A stretch of DNA of 39,824 nucleotides from positions 1 to 39,824 of the forward strand of contig CBEVGD010000003.1 of assembly GCA_965549355.1 (NCBI GenBank), given 5' to 3'. This document shows positions 37,494 to 39,824 of this stretch, in pieces. The DNA is from an uncultured bacterium (GTDB lineage Bacteria > Actinomycetota > Humimicrobiia > Humimicrobiales > Humimicrobiaceae). A program made the position numbers and the translations under genes. The notes beneath the pieces were generated by a model. That model was not told the DNA's origin. It was given only the letters and a program-made list of their open reading frames with translations, and searched no databases. Numbering within the stretch: the stretch's first letter is position 1; every line of letters starts with the position of its first letter.

Positions 37494-38528
37494 ATGGAAG
37501 ATAGAAGCCTTATAATAATCATAACATATAATAGTGAAAGCTTTATAGAAGGCTGCCTTAAGTCGGTTGTTGGACAGACATATAAAAACTGGAAGCTAAT
37601 AGTAGCAGACAATGATTCAAGCGATGATACAATCAGGATAATAAGAGATCTCAGGAATCAGACCACAGCCTTAAATGGAGATAATTTCAGGCTCATACAT
37701 CTAAAGAAAAATATAGGATTTGCCGGTGCTGTAAATCATGTCATATTCAGGGGCGGAAGGAAGGCAATCCGGAAGGATGATTTTAAATACCTGATCCTTT
37801 TAAATCCCGACATATCTCTTTTCCCTGATGCGCTGGAGAACCTTATAGCGTCTTTTGAACCCGGGAAATATGGAGCAAAGTCCGGCATAGGGGCCTGCGG
37901 GGGACTTATCCTGGAATATGAAAGGAACATAATACAGCATATAGGCGGCAGGACGGGCCCGAACTTTATAACCCATCACGAGGGAGCGGGGCAGGAGTTT
38001 TACGGTAAGGGTCATGGTAAAGATGGCGGAGACCCAAAAAATCATAATGACCCGCCTGCTATTCAAGATAAAAGCAGCCTGATTAAAGCAGATTATGTCA
38101 CTGGAGCATTTTTTGCAACGGTCCTTTCATTATTCTATGATTCCGGGGGTTTCGATAGGGGATATAGGCCGATGTATTTTGAAGAGCTTGATTACTGCCT
38201 GAGGATAAAGAGAGCAGGATGGCGGGTAGCCTCCAATCCGGGAGCCATATGCAGGCATTTCGAGGGTGCATCGGTCGGGAAATTTAGCAAAAGGTTCTAC
38301 CGCTATTATCACAAGAACCGGCTGCGATGTGTGGTAATAAATATGGGTCTGCCCGGACTGCTGTTAAAATTCATCCCGGCAGAAATAAGCTGGCTCAGAA
38401 GCGGTGCGACCGGGGATCAGGCAGCACCTCTTGCCTATGCATATATTATAAATATAGTCTTTTTTATTTATAATCTTGCTGTCAGGATAAAAAATTATTT
38501 TATATTGAATAGAATAGAGTTAAAATGA
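37494..38528 (+). CDS. GT2 glycosyltransferase (rhamnosyltransferase-like)
   Basis: IIITYNS, ADNDSSD, NIGFAGAVN, LLNPD, YVTGAF, MYFEELDYCLR. Confidence 0.9.
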   Translation: MEDRSLIIIITYNSESFIEGCLKSVVGQTYKNWKLIVADNDSSDDTIRIIRDLRNQTTALNGDNFRLIHLKKNIGFAGAVNHVIFRGGRKAIRKDDFKYLILLNPDISLFPDALENLIASFEPGKYGAKSGIGACGGLILEYERNIIQHIGGRTGPNFITHHEGAGQEFYGKGHGKDGGDPKNHNDPPAIQDKSSLIKADYVTGAFFATVLSLFYDSGGFDRGYRPMYFEELDYCLRIKRAGWRVASNPGAICRHFEGASVGKFSKRFYRYYHKNRLRCVVINMGLPGLLLKFIPAEISWLRSGATGDQAAPLAYAYIINIVFFIYNLAVRIKNYFILNRIELK

Positions 38529-38588
38529 ATATTAATTTCTGGATTCTCAAGGTTTTATTTATGAAATTTACGGACCGGGAGCGATAAA

Positions 38589-39824
38589 ATGGTACTGGAG
38601 ACTTCTAAAAGGAAAGCACTGACAAAGATATCCATAATAAGCTATGATATTGTAGGAAAAAAGATGGCAGGACCTGGCATAAGGTTTTTCGAATTTTCAA
38701 AGATACTTTCAAAATTTGCCGATATTACGCTGCATACCCCCAATAAGGTGGATATTGAGATAGAGGGAGTAAAAGTAAAGCATTATAATGCAAAGAATTA
38801 TAGCAGCCTGCAACGGAGCCTGGAAAAAGCCGAGGTAATACTTATTCAGGGCCATATACTTTATTACTTTCCATTGCTGAAGAATTTCCCCGGGAAAATA
38901 ATAGTCGATCTTTATAATCCCTTTAATCTTGAAAGTCTTGAGATGTTCAGGGAGAAGAATATTGCTGAGAGGCTCAGGATCGACAAAAACAATAATGATA
39001 TAATCAAACTCCAGCTTGCCGTCGGTGACTTTTTTATCTGTGCCTCTGAAAAACAGCGGGATTACTGGATAGGCATGCTGAGTGCATTGGGAAGAATAAA
39101 TCCTTATAGCTATGATGCCGACAATACACTCAGAAACCTTATAGATGTGGTACCGTTCGGCATCCCTTCGGATCCTCCCAAAAGGGTGGGGACATCCATA
39201 AGCGATATTATACCTAATATCAGGGAAGGCGATAAAATACTGCTCTGGGGCGGGGGCATATGGAACTGGCTGGACCCCATAACGACAATAAAGGCATTGT
39301 GGGAAACTGCGAGAAACAGAAATGATCTGAAACTTCTTTTCATGGGAATCAAGCATCCGGACCCAAAACTGCCGGAGATGAAGAAATGTCTTGATGCCAT
39401 CAAGCTTTCAAAAGAACTGAACCTTTATAATGATAAGGTTTTTTTCAATGAGTGGACGCCCTATGATATGAGGCAGGCAATGCTTCTGGAATCTGATGCG
39501 GGCCTTTCGATCCACCAGGAAAGGATTGAGACTGAATTCTCTTACAGGACCAGGGTGCTTGATTATATATGGGCAGGTCTTCCGGTCATAGCTACTGAGG
39601 GCGATTCCATTGCGAAGATGGTAAAGGAAGAAGATATAGGCGAGGTGGTAAAGTATGAGGATACCACCCAGCTGGCAAGGGTGATGGCAAGCATATTAAG
39701 CAATAAGAGTCTCCAGGATATCTACAAAAAGAACATCAAAAAGATAAGAACGCGGTTTTATTGGGAAAATGTGACAAAACCGCTGGTAAAATACTGCAGG
39801 AATCCTTCTTATGCAGTAGATAAA
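38589..39824 (+). CDS. GT4-like glycosyltransferase (runs off window; not in ORF track)
   Basis: ATG 38589 MVLETSKRK...MAGPGIRFFEF, DFFICASEKQRDYWIGML, WGGGIWNWLDP, ETEFSYRTRVLDYIWAGLP; still in frame at the window end; close paralog of the C-half of 11858-14368. Confidence 0.9.
   Translation, partial: MVLETSKRKALTKISIISYDIVGKKMAGPGIRFFEFSKILSKFADITLHTPNKVDIEIEGVKVKHYNAKNYSSLQRSLEKAEVILIQGHILYYFPLLKNFPGKIIVDLYNPFNLESLEMFREKNIAERLRIDKNNNDIIKLQLAVGDFFICASEKQRDYWIGMLSALGRINPYSYDADNTLRNLIDVVPFGIPSDPPKRVGTSISDIIPNIREGDKILLWGGGIWNWLDPITTIKALWETARNRNDLKLLFMGIKHPDPKLPEMKKCLDAIKLSKELNLYNDKVFFNEWTPYDMRQAMLLESDAGLSIHQERIETEFSYRTRVLDYIWAGLPVIATEGDSIAKMVKEEDIGEVVKYEDTTQLARVMASILSNKSLQDIYKKNIKKIRTRFYWENVTKPLVKYCRNPSYAVDK

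Noticed and set aside
38709-39403. Minus-strand ORFs of 215 and 97 aa in the track
   Set aside because: They are shadows of the plus-strand GT gene starting at 38589.
1-39824. CRISPR array, integron attC array, tRNA/rRNA, riboswitch
   Set aside because: No regularly spaced repeats, integrase or recognisable structured-RNA motifs seen by eye; an Infernal/Rfam scan of the intergenic regions would be needed to exclude ncRNAs formally.

Overview
Bacterial chromosomal window (roughly 40-45% GC by eye, heavy use of ATA Ile codons; taxon not determinable from this window). I found no rRNA, tRNA, CRISPR array or intact transposase. Bases 1-6133 hold the end of an isoprenoid/hopanoid operon: fni (partial), hpnH, hpnA, shc, DUF116, ispE and a TetR regulator. 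Bases 6134-28606 and 35974-end are a large cell-envelope glycosylation region. It contains many GT2/GT4 enzymes (two of them fusions, in opposite domain order), two GT-C-type membrane transferases (one DUF2723/TMEM260-like), a flippase-like protein, RfbD, a DPM1-like GT2 + DUF2304 pair, a CE4 deacetylase lipoprotein, a DUF11-repeat SGNH hydrolase, and a radical SAM/ArnC-like GT2/NDP-sugar epimerase operon. A ~2 kb islet (VOC gene, frameshifted Fur remnant, GC-rich TylF methyltransferase) lies between two imperfect ~55-bp direct repeats. Bases 28743-35729 carry an Uup-like ABC-F ATPase and two paralogous TolB-like propeller proteins that enclose two paralogous small membrane proteins. The best candidate for an undescribed system is the divergent deacetylase/GT2/DUF2304 - DUF2723 module. 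Its deacetylase and GT-C transferase share a ~118-aa C-terminal domain (about 45% identical by hand alignment).
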